Origin: Chthoniobacteraceae bacterium
Lineage (GTDB): Bacteria > Verrucomicrobiota > Verrucomicrobiia > Chthoniobacterales > Chthoniobacteraceae
Length of the DNA stretch: 50,526 nucleotides
Assembly: GCA_040081625.1 (NCBI GenBank)
Contig: JBEBGD010000033.1
Location: forward strand, 1 to 50,526
Reading direction: 5' to 3'
Below the pieces are notes generated by a model that saw only the letters and a list, made by a program, of their open reading frames with translations, had not been told where the DNA came from and made no database searches. The position numbers and the translations under genes are program-made. The stretch's first letter is position 1. The number at the start of each line of letters is the position of its first letter. Positions 1 to 13,600 of this stretch are shown piece by piece.

Positions 1-1293
1 CTGCTGGCGCTCGGCGCTCGCGCCGGCTTCGGCGAGGAGAAGCTCGCGCGAGTCGAGCGTGACGAGCGGCTGGCCGGCGCGGACTTGCTCGCCGACGCGG
101 AAGTGAACCTCCTCGATGTAGCCATCGAACGGCGCGGGCACTTGCGAGAGCACATCGGCTTTCAGCGCGAACGGTGCTTCGACGCGGTATTCGGCGCGGC
201 CGAAGATGAGCACGAGGACCGCGGCGGCGAGCGCGATGACGATGAGCTTCGGCCACGTGTGCTCGTGGCCGAGCAGCTTCGCGGCTTGCTCGCGCAGGGC
301 GGTGGCGGCCCGTGCGCCGAGCCAGCGATCGTGGCGCTGAAGATCGTGAAGGCGGCGGGCGACTTGATCGCAGAGCAGGCGCAGCGTTTGCACTTCGCGC
401 GGGGTGAAGGCGGACGCGGCGCGTTCGAGCAGGACGGCACCGATGACTTCGCCGCCGAGCCGCAGCGGGAGCGAGAGCGCGTGGCCGCTGGATTCGGTGC
501 GGGCGAGGGCTTCGTGCGCGGCGCAGACGGCGCGGCTCTCGGGCGGCGCGGGCCAGGGGATTTCCTCGTCCTGGTCGGCGGCTTCATCCATCGCTTCCTC
601 GATGGTGGCGACGACGGCCATTTGCTTCCCGAAGTTCTCGGTGTGGCTGACGGCCTGCATGCGGACGGCGTGATTTTTCAACCAGCCGAAGCTCACGCGG
701 TCGGCTGCGAAGCGGGCGGCGAGTTCGTTGCAGAGCGTCATGCCGGCGGCGGCGAAGCGGGTCTGCGCGTTGAGTAACACGAGGAGATCAAGCGTGACTG
801 CGAAGCGGCTTGCGTCCTGCCTCGCCTGGTCGAGCGCGCGTGTGGCCTGGAAGAGCAGCGGAGCATCGGCGAGAAGGCGCAGGCGGGTGAGCGCATCGGC
901 GGAGTCGGCGCCGGGCGGGAGCTGCACCACGAGCACGGCGGTGCGGTTGGTCTCGCCGCTTTCGATCCGGGTGGCGATCCAGCCGTGCGCCTCGCTGCTG
1001 CCGTGACCGTCGCCTTCCGCGGAGAGGTAGAGCCGCTCAGCCGCGCCGCGTTCCGCGCGGAGTGCGGCGGGCAGGCGGGTGGCGGGCGGCCATGAGTGAT
1101 GGTCTTTCCATTCGCCGCCACCTTCCGGTCCGTGAGCGCGGGCGAGCAGCATGGCATCCGTCGCAGGGATCAGCGACGGAATGAGCGCGAGGAAGGCCGG
1201 CCAGAATTCGCCCGGCGCGCCGACGAAGCGGCGCAGGGATTCGAGTTGAGCGAAGGCGTCGCGTGATGCGGCGCTGTGTGTGTCGGTGGCCAC
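1..1293 (-). CDS. GAF-domain-containing HlyD-family membrane fusion (periplasmic adaptor) protein, 3' end outside window
   Basis: Absent from ORF track (no stop in window). Hand translation from GTG at 1293 (upstream in-frame TGA at 1336-1338): MATDTHSAASRDAFAQLESLRRF..., GAF-like ...LCNELAARFAADRVSFGW...SLPLRLGGEVIGAVLLER..., one TM helix (KLIVIALAAAVLVLIFG), then lipoyl-like half-motif VPAPFDGYIEEVHFRVGEQVRAGQPLVTLD typical of HlyD/MFPs. Confidence 0.85.
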   Translation of the reverse strand, partial: MATDTHSAASRDAFAQLESLRRFVGAPGEFWPAFLALIPSLIPATDAMLLARAHGPEGGGEWKDHHSWPPATRLPAALRAERGAAERLYLSAEGDGHGSSEAHGWIATRIESGETNRTAVLVVQLPPGADSADALTRLRLLADAPLLFQATRALDQARQDASRFAVTLDLLVLLNAQTRFAAAGMTLCNELAARFAADRVSFGWLKNHAVRMQAVSHTENFGKQMAVVATIEEAMDEAADQDEEIPWPAPPESRAVCAAHEALARTESSGHALSLPLRLGGEVIGAVLLERAASAFTPREVQTLRLLCDQVARRLHDLQRHDRWLGARAATALREQAAKLLGHEHTWPKLIVIALAAAVLVLIFGRAEYRVEAPFALKADVLSQVPAPFDGYIEEVHFRVGEQVRAGQPLVTLDSRELLLAEAGASAERQQ

Positions 1294-1480
1294 GGTGGAT
1301 TTTGAATGGAGCAGAGGACGGCGACGCGAATGATGTCAACGACTACGATGGATTATACTTCTCCGGAACCACTGCAAAACGATTGCCGATTATTGCGTGA
1401 GTGCTCCGATGCGCGCAGAATCGGCGGCGCGCGCTTCGGTGGCGTGTCTTCGGTTCGACAAAAGCAGGCCCCAAGCGAAC

Positions 1481-1645
1481 ATGAATTTTCAGTTACCCTT
1501 CTCACGATCATTTAGGAAGATCCGACATTGGGTCCGCTGGATCGGATGCTGGACGCTCTGGCGCGGACAGCAGGGCTCATCCTACGCAGTGCCCCGGCGG
1601 CGCGGATTGAAGTTCGAACGGCTCGAGCCGCGGGTGCTGCTCTCG
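1481..1645 (+). other. Basic N-terminal leader ending in LEPR-XLL (planctomycete extracellular) motif
   Basis: PRRRGLKFERLEPRVLLS (FERLEPRVLLS at 1613-1645); no classical hydrophobic Sec h-region. Confidence 0.9.
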
Positions 1646-4600
1646 GTGCAGCCGACGGCACAGCCGCTGAGCAAGGCGCAGGCGGATGCGTTCATGGTGG
1701 CGCACCATGTGGTGCTGGAGGAGCAGATCCAGCCGGCGGCGACGGTGACCACGGCGGATTTCAGCTACGAGCCCGAGGTGCAGGCGAGCTTGCTTGGGCC
1801 GGTCACGGCGGCGGCGGGCAAGGACCTGATAATCACCGATCTGACGGGGCCGGCGACGGGGACGTTCAGTTCGAATGCAAACCTCACTTGGACGATCAAG
1901 AACGACGGCATCGTCGATGTGACGGAAAACCGCACCGAGGCTTTCTATCTCTCGAGCGATGCGATCTACGACAGCGGCGATATTTTCCTCGATACGTTCA
2001 GCTCGACGGGAACGCTCGCGGCCGGAGCCAGCGTAACGAATAACAAGTCCGTCTTCCTGCGGGGGTTTGGCAGCGGGCCGATGTTCATCGTCATGGAGGC
2101 GGACCGATACGGAGAGGTCACGGAGTCGAACGAAAGCAACAACGCTCGTTCGCTCCCGATCACGATCAATGTGCCGGACGCGGATTTAGTGACGACCAGT
2201 GTCACGGTTCCGGCGTCGGTGTCGAAGACGGTGGGGTTCAGTGTGGATTATACGATCCAAAATACTGGGACCGCGTCGGCCGCGACTTTCTGGTATGACG
2301 GCATCTATTTCTCCACGGATGCGGTGCTCGATGACAGCGACACTTTCCTGGCGGGGCCGGATGCGTTCAGTGCGCGTCCCCTGGCACCGAATGCGAGCTA
2401 CTCGAAGACGCACAGCAACGTCACCATCCCCTCCTACCTGCCGTCGGGGAATCAGTTCCTGATCGTGACGGCGGACTACCCCGGCTATCAGGGCGAGATA
2501 AACGACGCGAACAACTACCGCGCGGTCCCGATCAACGTCATCAGCAATTCGACGGCGGATTTGACGGTGAGCGCCCTCATCGTCACGCCTTCGACGGGTT
2601 CGTTTGGTTCGTTTGCGCAAGTCGAGTGGACGGTCACGAATAGCGGCACACAAGCCCTTACCGGTAGCGCCGGCAATTACATCTACCTCTCTGCCGACAC
2701 GATTGGCGGTTCGCCGGACGACATTGCGCTGGGCTTTGAGCCCGGGTTTAGCGTCCTGGGTCCGGGGCAAAGCGAGATGTTCAGCCGGTTTGTCCAGCTA
2801 CGTGGGTTTCAAGGCGGCCTGCAAAATATCGTGGTGGTGACCGATCCGTTCAATCAACTCGACGAGGCGAGCGACTCGAACAACCAGCGCTCGACGCCGA
2901 TCACGATCACCATTCCGAACGTCGATCTGACGGTGCTCAATCCGGTGGCGCCGGCGACGGCGATCATCGGCGAGTCGATCAACATTTCCTTCGACGTAAA
3001 AAACAACGGCACCGAGCAGGCGACCTCCGATTGGTATGACGACGTCTATCTTTCGGACGACGCGATCTTCACCCCGGGCACGGATATCCAGATGAGGAGT
3101 TTCTTCAGCGGGTCGCACCCAGGCGCGGCGGGAATCTATTCGGTCAACCAGACAGCGACGCTTCCGGATTACGTCAGTGCGGGGTCGAAGTTCCTCATCT
3201 TCGTCGCGGACGCCGAGGGGACGCAGGGGGAGACGAACGAGAGCAACAACGTGGTGGCTCTTCCGATCACGCTGGCCACCTCGACGGTCGATCTCATCGT
3301 GACCGATTTCATCACGCCGGCGACGGCGCTCGCGGGGACGACGATCCAGATCACCTTCACGGTGAAAAACAACGGCACGTCGCCTGCGGAAGTGGACTGG
3401 AGCGACTCAGTGGAACTGATCCGACGGGAAGGCTTCAACGTCTTCTACGACGCATTTGGCTATTACGGTGCGGCTGCCCACTCGCCACTCGCACCCGGCG
3501 CTTCCTACACCGGGTCCATCGATCTCGTTTTGCCGGTGAATCTCACGCCCGGCATCCGCGAACTGCAGATCTCGACGGATGTTTTCGCCGAGCAGCACGA
3601 GAGCAATAATAACAACAACACGAACAGCCCCATTCGCACGATCGACATCCAGCCGGGCAATCCGTCGGACCTCATCGTGGAGAGTGCGAATGTGCCGGGC
3701 TCGGGCGTGGTCGGGCAGAATCTCTTCTTCGACTTCACGGTCCGAAATCAGGGGTCCGGGCAGACGCGGAATTTCTGGCAGGACCGCGCGTATCTTTCGA
3801 CCGACACGACGCTGAGCATGGACGACGTGCTGCTCTCGTCGTCCTTCGGCACGCAAGGCCCGCTCAACGCCAGCCAGACTTACACGATCAACACGGGAGT
3901 CGCGCTGCCAAGTGGCGTCTCCGGTTTCTACTACCTGCTCCTCCAGACCGACGCGTTCAACGCCGAGGCAGAGACGAACGAGACGAACAACGTCAGCTTC
4001 TACGGCTTCAATATCACCGGGCCGGACTTGCAGATCCCGCAGGCGACCGCGCCCGGGAGCGGCCAACTCGGCAGCCAGATCGCGCTCACGTATCGGCTCT
4101 CGAATGTAGCGGGCACCACGACCGCCAGCTTCCCGCAGGTCGGCTTCTTCCTCTCCGCCGACGCGATCTTCGATCAAAGCGACATCAACGCCGGCTACGC
4201 TTACCCGATCTCCGTCGATGCCGGTATGTTTAGTGACGAGGTCTTCAACCTCACGCTGCCGAGCAGCCCGGTCGGCTCGCGCTTCCTGCTCTTCGTGGCC
4301 GATCCGAACGGTTTCCTGGCTGAGACCAGCGATACGAACAACACGTTCGCGCTGCCGATCACGCTGACCGGCGCCGACCTGCAAGTCTCCGCCGCGACGG
4401 CTCCCGCGACCGTGATCACCGGCCAGACGATCAACGTTTCCTACACGGTGAAGAACCTCGGCGACGCAGGGGCACTCGCCGACTGGGACGATGCTTTCTA
4501 TTTCTCCGACGACGCTGTTTTCGACAACGGCGATCAGTTCGTCGATTTCGAGTTCATCGAAGCGCAGACGCCGCTCATCGTGAACGGCGAATACACCGTG

Positions 4601-7600
4601 AACCGCACGATCACGCTGCCAGACACGGCGCTCGGCAGCCGCTTCCTGCTTTTCCGTGCCGATGCGTTTCAAAGCCAGTCCGAGATCGACGACGCGAACA
4701 ACACCTTCGCCGTCGCGGTGAATGTGCAGGGAGCGGACCTGCGCGTCTCGAACGGCAGCGCGCCGGCGAATGCCGACGTGGGCACGACCATCTCCGTCTC
4801 GTGGCTGCTGGAAAATCTCGGCGTCATCGGCTCGCTGCCGTGGAGCGATCGCGTGTGGCTTTCGAGCGATACGACGCTCGACGTCAACGACACCTACCTC
4901 GCGGAGTTCTACCAAAACGCGCTCGTGCCGCTCGCTGCTGGCGCGAGCATCCCAATTACGAAAGACATCAACATCCCGGGCAACGCGACTGTCGGGAATC
5001 GTTTCCTCATCATCGAGGCGGATGTTTATGCGCAGCTCCACGAGGGCAGCGAGGCGAACAACATCACGACAATCCCGATCGCCATCGGCGCGCCCGACCT
5101 GATCGTCTCCGGCCTCAGCGCGCCGGGCACCGCGCAGTCAGGCGAGACGATCACGATTTCGTGGAACGACGTGAACAACGGCAACGTCGCCGCCGGCGGT
5201 TCGTGGTATGACAACGTCGTCGTTCGCAACGTGACGCTGAACCAGGTCATCGCTTCGACCTCGATCTCCTACAACACGGCGGGCGTGGGCAACTCGCCGC
5301 TCGCGGTCGCCGCCTCGTTGCCGCGGAGCGTTCAGATCATGTTGCCGGATGGGAATACGTCGGTCGGTCAGCTCGAAATCACCATCACCACCGACGCGGG
5401 CAATTCGCTCTCCGAGACCAACGGCACGGGCGACGCCGAGATGAACAACACGGCGATGACGACGCTCACCGGCACGCTCGCGCCGTATCCCGATCTCACC
5501 GTCAGCGGCATCACGGTGCCGCCCGGCTTGGAGTCCGGCCAGACCGTCGCGGTGCAGTGGACCGTGAACAATACCGGCACCGGCCCGACGCTGACCAATT
5601 GGACCGATCGCATCGTCGTCTTCAACAACACGACCGGACTGACGATCGTGGATCAGTCCGCTTTCTACAACGCGACCACCGAGGGCGCGATTGCCGCTGC
5701 TGGAAGCAAGGCACGGACGGCGAACATCACGCTGCCCGACGGCACGGCGGGCGTGGGCAATCTCACGATCACCGTCACGACCGACACGTTCAGCCAGATT
5801 TTCGAGAACAACGCCGGCGGCACCGCGGAGACGAACAACTCGGCGACGATCAACGCGACATCGACGCTCGCGCTGTATCCCGACTTGCAGGTGCAGGATT
5901 TTGTCGCGCCCGCGAATGTGCAGACCGGCCAGCAGGTGACGCTGACCTGGAACACCGCGAACACGGGCAACAAGGACATCACGACGAACTTCGCCGAGCG
6001 CATCACCGTCGTGAACACGACGACGAGCCAGACGCTGCTCAACACCACGCTCGGCTACGATGTGGGCACGGGTGGCAACATCGCCGGCGGCACGTCGAAG
6101 GCGCGGCAGTTCATGTTCACCGTGCCCGACGGCACCAGTGGTGTCGGCTCGCTGCAAATCACGATCGAGACCGACACGTTCGATCAGCTCTTCGAGAACA
6201 ACGCCACGCTCACCGGCGAGGCGAACAACACCGCGGGCGCGACGAGCACATCGGTGCTCGGGCAATACGCCGACCTTACCGTCACGACCGTCACGCCGCC
6301 GACCGGCGTGCAATCTGGCGACGACACTTCGCTTTCGTGGGCGATTCAAAATGCCGGCAACCGCGCGACGCAGACTTCGTGGCGCGATCGCGTGCTGATC
6401 GTGAACGCGACGACCGGCGGCACGATCATCGACACGACCGTCTTCTACGACATCAACGGCGCGGGCAATTCGCCGCTCGGTCCCGGCGGCACACTCAATC
6501 GCAGCTTCGATTTCCAGATGCCCGCCGGCATCGCTGGCGCGGGCAATATCACCTACACGGTCACGACCGACTACTTCGATGAAGTCATCGAGGCCACCGC
6601 AGGCGGCGCGCTGGAGCCGGCCAACAACACGACGACCGCGAACGGCACATCGACGCTCGCGCCTTACCCCGACCTCGTCCTCTCGAACGTCACCGCGCCT
6701 GCGACCGCCATCGCGGGGCAGACCCTCACCGTGGGCTGGATTGTCACCAACTCCGGGGAACTCGCGACGACTGGTTCCTGGATCGATCGCATCTTCCTCT
6801 CGCTCGATGGCACGCTCAACGGCGCGATCGAAATCGGGAGCTTCCAGCACGCCGACGGTCTCGCGATCGGTGCCAGCTACGTCGAATCGCGGACCTTCCC
6901 ATTCGGCGCCCCGCCGGATGGAATCTACAGCGTGCTCGTGGTGAGCGATGTCTTAAGCAACGTCGAGGAAGCGGCGCGCGAGGCGAACAACACCGCGCTC
7001 GCCGCGAACACCACGCAGGTCGGCCGCCCGGACCTCGTCCCGAGCATCGTCTCCGCGCCTGCGAACGCCGTCTCCGGCGATCCGCTCACGGTCAATTACA
7101 AGGTCCAGAACACCGGCACGCAGAGTGCGACCGGCGCGTGGATCGACCGCTTTTACCTCTCGACCGACGGCACCATCGACGGCGCCGACCGCCTGCTCGG
7201 CGAAGTCGCGCGCACCGGCCCGCTCGCGGGCGGCACGGAATACACGGGCTCCATCGAACTCACGCTGCCGATCGAAGTCTCGGGACCGTTCTTCGTCCTC
7301 TTCGCCACCGACTTCGCCGACACGGTCGAGGAGTTCACGAATGAGGGAAACAACGTGGCGTCGTCCGCGCTGCAAGTGCAGCTCGCCCCCTACGCTGATC
7401 TCGTCACGTCGAACGTCACCGCGCCCGCGCTCACGATCGCCGACCCGGCGCTCGTCACGATCGGCTGGACGGTGACGAATAACGGCAACGGCCTGGGCCG
7501 CACGAGCACGTGGGTGGATCGCGTCATCGCGTCGCCGGATGGCATCGTGGGCAATGGCGGCGACATCGTGCTCGGCTCGTTCACGCGCACGGGCTTCCTC

Positions 7601-10600
7601 GCGGTGGGCGCGTCGTATTCGCGCAGCGAGCAGATCACGCTGCCGCCTGCGTTCGAGGGGCAGTTCCATCTTTTTGTCGTCACCGACGCGACGGGCGTGG
7701 TCTTCGAGAATTTCCTCGAATCGAACAACGCCGCCGAGGCCGGCAATCTCTTCGCAGTCGCGCCGCGTCCTTACGCGGACCTCGTCGTGCAGACCGTCAC
7801 TCCGCCAGCGAGCGGCGGCAGCGGGCAAGACGTGGAGCTGAACTGGATCGTGCGGAACCAAGGCATCGGCGTGACCGATCTCAGTTCGTGGTTCGACGCT
7901 GTTTACATCACGACCGACCCGACGGGCGCGACCGGCTTGGAACTCGTCGGCGTCTTCAGCCACAGCGGCATCCTCGGCGTAAACGGCACCTACAATCGCA
8001 CCGCGTCCGTGCGGCTGCCGGACGGGATCAGCGGCAACTATTACTTCGTCGTCGAGACGGGCTACACGCCGCCCTTCGTCGGCGCGCCCTACGAGTTCAT
8101 CTACGGCGGGAACAACACGCGCGTCGCCGGGCCCACCGCGGTCACGCTCACGCCAGCGCCCGACTTGCGCGTGACGAGCATCGTCGCGCCGCCGACTGCG
8201 CTCTCGAGCGCTAAGATCGATGTGCAATGGACCGTGCTCAATGACGGCACCGGCCCCGCGTCCGGCGGCTGGGTCGATCGGCTGTTCCTAGAAAACGTCG
8301 GCAACCCGACCGCACCGATCATTCCGCTCGGCGCGTTTGCTTACACGCAGGAACTCATCGCAGGCGTGAGCTACACGCGCTCGGAGCAGTTCACGCTGCC
8401 GCGCGATTTGCAGGGCGTGTATCGCGTCGTCATCGAGACGAACGACACGCAGTCGATCTACGAAGGTCTCGGTCTCGCGAACAGCACGCAGGCCGACGAC
8501 GCGCCGATCACCGTGAGCCTCGCGCCGAAGCCGGACTTACAGGTGGCGTCCGTCACCGCGCCGGCGAGCGTGAATGGCGGCGCGTCCGTTGCGTTGCAGT
8601 TCACCGTCCGCAACCAAGGCACGCTCGCGGCGAGCGGCCAATGGAAGGATCGCGTCTTCCTCTCGCTCGATAACACGATCAGCCAGGACGACCTGCTCAT
8701 CGGCGAACTCGACAACGGCGCCGCGCTTCTGCCCGGCGAGCAGTATCAAACGCAGACACCGAGCCTCACGATCCCGCGCCGGTATCGCGGCCCCGTCTTC
8801 CTCCTCATCCAGAGCGACGCGACCGATCGCGTGGACGAGTTCCCGAACGACGGCAACAACGTCTTCGCGCAGCCGCTCGAAGTCATCGGCATCCCGCCGT
8901 CCGATCTCGTGACCGCGAATGTCGTCGCGCCGACGCAGGTCTTCGACGGCTCGACGATCGAGCTGCGCTATCGCGTGACGAACAGCGGCGCGGGCCAGAC
9001 CGACCGCGACGGCTGGACCGATGCGGTGTGGCTGACCGTGGACAACAAGCGCCCCGACCCGCGCAAGGGCGACATCCTGCTCGCGACCTTCCCGCACGGC
9101 GGCACACTGCAAGTCGGCGAGTTTTACGATCAGGTCGTCAACGTCCGCATCCCCGACGGACTCACCGGCCAGTATTTCATCACGCCGCAGAGCGACGCTT
9201 ACGACGTGATTTTGGAAGACACGCTCACGGGCAACATCAACCCCGACGACCCGAACGAGCTCGACAACAACAACTACAAGGCGCGTCCGATCACCGTGCT
9301 GCTGCGCGAGCAGACGGTGCCGACATTCCCCGACTTGATCACCACGGTCGTCACCGCGCCCGCGACGGCCACGGCGGGCACGACGATCAGCGTTTCGTGG
9401 ACCGGAAAGAACCAGGGCCAGAATGTGGCGCCCGGTGGTTGGACGGATCGCGTGTTTCTCTCGCAGACGCCGACGCTGGGCGCGCCCGGCGCAAACGCGT
9501 TGCTCATCGCGGAAATCGGGCACGCTGCGTCGCTCGACGTGAACGGCACCTACGACGCATCGGCGAACGTCCTGCTCAGCCCGGCGGCGAGCGGGCAATA
9601 CATCATCGTCGTCACCGGCGCCGGTGTGACCGAGAGCAACTCCGCGAACAACGCGCTCTCCGCGCCGAGCGTCGTCGCGAATGCGCCCGCCGACTTGCGC
9701 GTGCAGTCGATCAGCGTGCCGACGGAAAACTTCTCCGGTGAGACGTCCGTGATCCAGTGGGTCGTGAAGAACTTCGGCGCCGCGGTGTGGAGCGGCACGC
9801 GCTACTGGACCGATCAGGTTTTCATCTCGCCTGACGCGACCTTCATCGAAAGCCGCGCGACTCTTCTCGGCAGCTTCATCCACACGCAGGACACGCCGCT
9901 CGGCGCAGGCGAAAGCTACGCGCAAAGCCGCGAGGTCACGCTGCCGCAGGGCGTCGGCGGTGGCTTCTACATCCACGTCATCACGAACCCCGGCGGCGCG
10001 CTCGACATCCACGCGCTCGATAACGGCGGCAGCGTCGGCTACTACGGCTCGAACGTCTTCGAGGATCCCGCGAACAACGTCGGCAGCACCGCGCTCGCCG
10101 TCACTTATCGCGAGCCGGACTTGCAGGTCTCGGACATCGTCCTGCCCGCGACCGCGCCGACTTCCGGCGACGACATCGTCGTGTCGTGGACGGTCACGAA
10201 CACCGGCAACCGCACGACGCGGCAATCGTCGTGGATCGACCGCGTCTTCCTCTCTCGCGATCCGTCGCTCGACTCGGAAGACCAGATGCTCGGCGCGTTC
10301 GAGCGCAGCAGCGTGCTCGACGCCGGCGCGAGCTACAGCGGCGAACTGACCGTGCCGCTGCCCGACGGGATCGACGGCCAGTATTACGTGCTAGTCTTCA
10401 GCGACTCGAATCTCGAGGGCAGCGTTCCGCCGGGTGCCGCGGGCCTGCGCAGCGATCAGGATGCGAATGCGTTCTTCGCGCGCGTCGCCGAGTTCCAGGG
10501 CGAAGGGAACAACATCACCGCGCAGCCGCTCACGATCGCCGCCGCGGTGCCGCCGGATCTACGCGTCACGCAGGTCACCGCGCCCGCGCAAGTCACCGCC

Positions 10601-13600
10601 GGGCAGCTTTTCTCGCTCACGTATCAAGTCACAAACACCGGCGCGGGCCCGACCGCCGCGCGGCAGCCTGCGTGGGACGATCTCATCTACATTTCGCGCG
10701 ACCAGAACTTCGACCCGAACACCGACCGCTACCTCGGCACGGTTCGCCACGAAGGCGCGCTCGCCGCTGGCGCGAGCTATTCGGTCACGCAGGATTTCCG
10801 CGCGCCGCGCGATCTCACCGGGCCGTATTTCGTCTTCGTCATCACCGATCCGGCGCGCTACACCGCGCGCGGCGAAGTCTTTGAGGCGAACGCCGAGAAC
10901 AACAACGCGACCACGTCGCCGCAACCCGTCGTCATCAATCTCCCGCCGCCCGCCGATCTGCGCGTGGACACGATCAACGTGCCCGGCAGCGGGCAGACGG
11001 GCGGGCCGATTCACATCGAATGGACGGCGAAAAACTACGGCGTGAACGCCGCGAGCGGCACGTGGACCGACTCTGTGTATCTCTCCGCCGACGGCGTGTG
11101 GGACATCAACGACAAGCCGCTCGGCAAGGTCACGCGCACGGGCGCCGCGCTCGCGCCGGGCGCGACCTACACGCTCTCGCTCGACGCCACGATCCCGCCG
11201 ATCGCGCCGGGGAACTACCGCGTCATCGTCCGCACCGACATCTTCAACGAGGTGCATGAAGGCACCGACGAGTCGAACAACAAGACTCCGTCCGCCGACA
11301 GCGTCGCGACGACGGTCGAGGCGTTGCAGATGGGCGTGTCGAAAAGCACGACGCTGAGCACGGGGCAGGAGCGGCTTTTCCAAATCAACGTGCCGGCGGG
11401 GCAGACCTTCCGCGTGCGGCTCGCGACGAATGCGGCGGACGCGGCGAACGAGCTGTTCATCCGCTTCAACGACGTGCCGAACGGCATCAGCTACGACGCC
11501 GCTTACGAAGGCCCGATCCAGGCGAACCAAGTCGCGCTTATCCCGAGCACGCAGCCGGGCACTTACTACGTGCTCGTGCGCGGCATCTCGGAACCGGGCG
11601 CGGACACGGCGGTCACGGTCACGCCGGAGCTGGTGCCGTTCGGCATCACGAGCGTGTCGCCGGACATCGGCGGCGACGCGAAGTTCGTCACGACGACGAT
11701 TCGCGGCGCGCAGTTTCTGCCGGGCGCGATCGTGAAACTCGTGCGGCCCGGCATCGCGGAGCTGGAGCCGGAGCGTTACGAAATCATCGACGGCACGAAG
11801 ATCGTCGCGATCTGGGACTTCACCGGCACGCCGCACGGGCTCTACGATCTCAAGGTCATCAACCCGAACGGCGACACCGCGATCCTGCCGTATCGCTATC
11901 TCGTCGAGCGCGCGATCGAGCCGGATGTCGCGGTCGGCCTCGGCGGCCCGCGCGTCATTTCCGCTGGCGGTGCGGGGCTCTACGGCTTCTCGCTCACGAG
12001 CCTCACGAACATCGACACGCCCTACGTATTCTTCACGTTCGGCATTCCCGAACTCGGCGCGAACCCGAGCGTCTTCAATCTCCAGCGCGTCGTCTTCTCG
12101 AACAACCTGCGCGGCACGCCGGAAGGCGACACGAGCAACGTGCCATGGGCGAGCCTCGACTCGACGCTGAACTCGAGCGGCACGCTGCTCGCGCCGGGCT
12201 ACGCGTTCGATCTCGCGGCGCGCGGATTCGTCGGGCGGAATTTCTCGGTGCAGACCTATCCCGGCCTCACCGAGTTGCTCGCGGGCGACTTCAACAAATT
12301 CCGCGACAAGATCTATAACGCCGTGCCCGGGCTGCGCGGCCAGCTCGACAACGGCCCGCAGGATCTCGACAACATCTCGCCCGGCCTCACGGACATTTAC
12401 ACCGCCATCCAGGCGCGGAACAATCCGCTCGCCGACGTGGACGACAACGAGATCGCGTTCCGCTTTCACATCCTCGCCTCCGCGACGGTGCTTACGCGCG
12501 ACGAATTCATCGCGCAACAGGCCGACTACGCGCTGCGCCTGCGCGACGCGATCCTCGCCGATGCGAGCGCGCCCGCGAATCTCGTCACGCTCGCCGCGAG
12601 CCCGAACCAATGGGCCGCCGCGTATCTCGGCGCGCTCGAAACCGCCGGCTACCTGCGCCCGAGCAGCGAGGCGCCGCCGATCCGCGACACGCCGCTCGCC
12701 GTCTCCCTCGCGAACACGCTCGCGACCGGCCTGCTGCTTGGCCCGAGCGGCGCGCAGATCGTCACCGACGGCGACCTCGTCTCGTTCTTCACGCAAGTGC
12801 GGAAGTGGTATGGCCACGACGCCGATCTCGTCGGCAGCTCGGAGATTCCCGCGGGCAGCGCCTACGATCTCGGACTCAGCCACCAGACGCACTTCGAGGC
12901 GTTCAACATCTTCGTGCCCTACGGCAAGGCGCGGATCGACGAGCCCGACTTGCAGCAAGTGCAGCCGGTCAGCTTCGACAGCTTCTTCACCGCGAGCGGT
13001 CAGACCGGACGCCTCGCGACGATCACCGGCCCGACCGGCGCGGGCGCGAAGCAGTTCGTCCCCGTCGGCACCGCGCTGCCTTACACCGTCGCGTTCGAGA
13101 ATCCGTCGTCGGCGAGTGCCGCCGTCGCGGAAATTCGCGTGCTCAGCCAGCTCGATCCCGATCTCGATCCGCGCTCGTTCACGCTCGGCGACATCAAGAT
13201 CGGAGACCTCTCCGTCCACATCCCCGGACAGCGCAGCTCGTTCTCCGGCGACTTCGACTTCACCGCCGCGAAAGGCTACGTGCTGCGCGTGAGCGCCGCG
13301 CTCGACTACGCGTCGGGCACCGCGACGTGGCTCTTTCAGGCGATCGATCCCGAGACCGGCGAAGTGATCGACGATCCGAGCAAGGGCCTGCTCCCGCCGA
13401 ACACGCTCGATGGCGCCGGCGCGGGTTTCGTGTCGTTCACGGTCACGCCGAAGACGACTGCCGCGACGGGCGCGAAGATCGACGCGCAGGCGCGCGTGCT
13501 TTTCAACAACGCGCCGCCGCAGGACACGCTCAAGCTCACGCACACGATCGACGCCTTCGCGCCGACCACGACGCTCACCGCGACGCCGCTCATGGCGGGC

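Noticed and set aside
85..1339. ORF-track calls 85-777 (+), 162-587, 738-1157 and 1037-1339 (-)
   Set aside because: Superseded by the open minus-strand GAF-HlyD frame at 1-1293.
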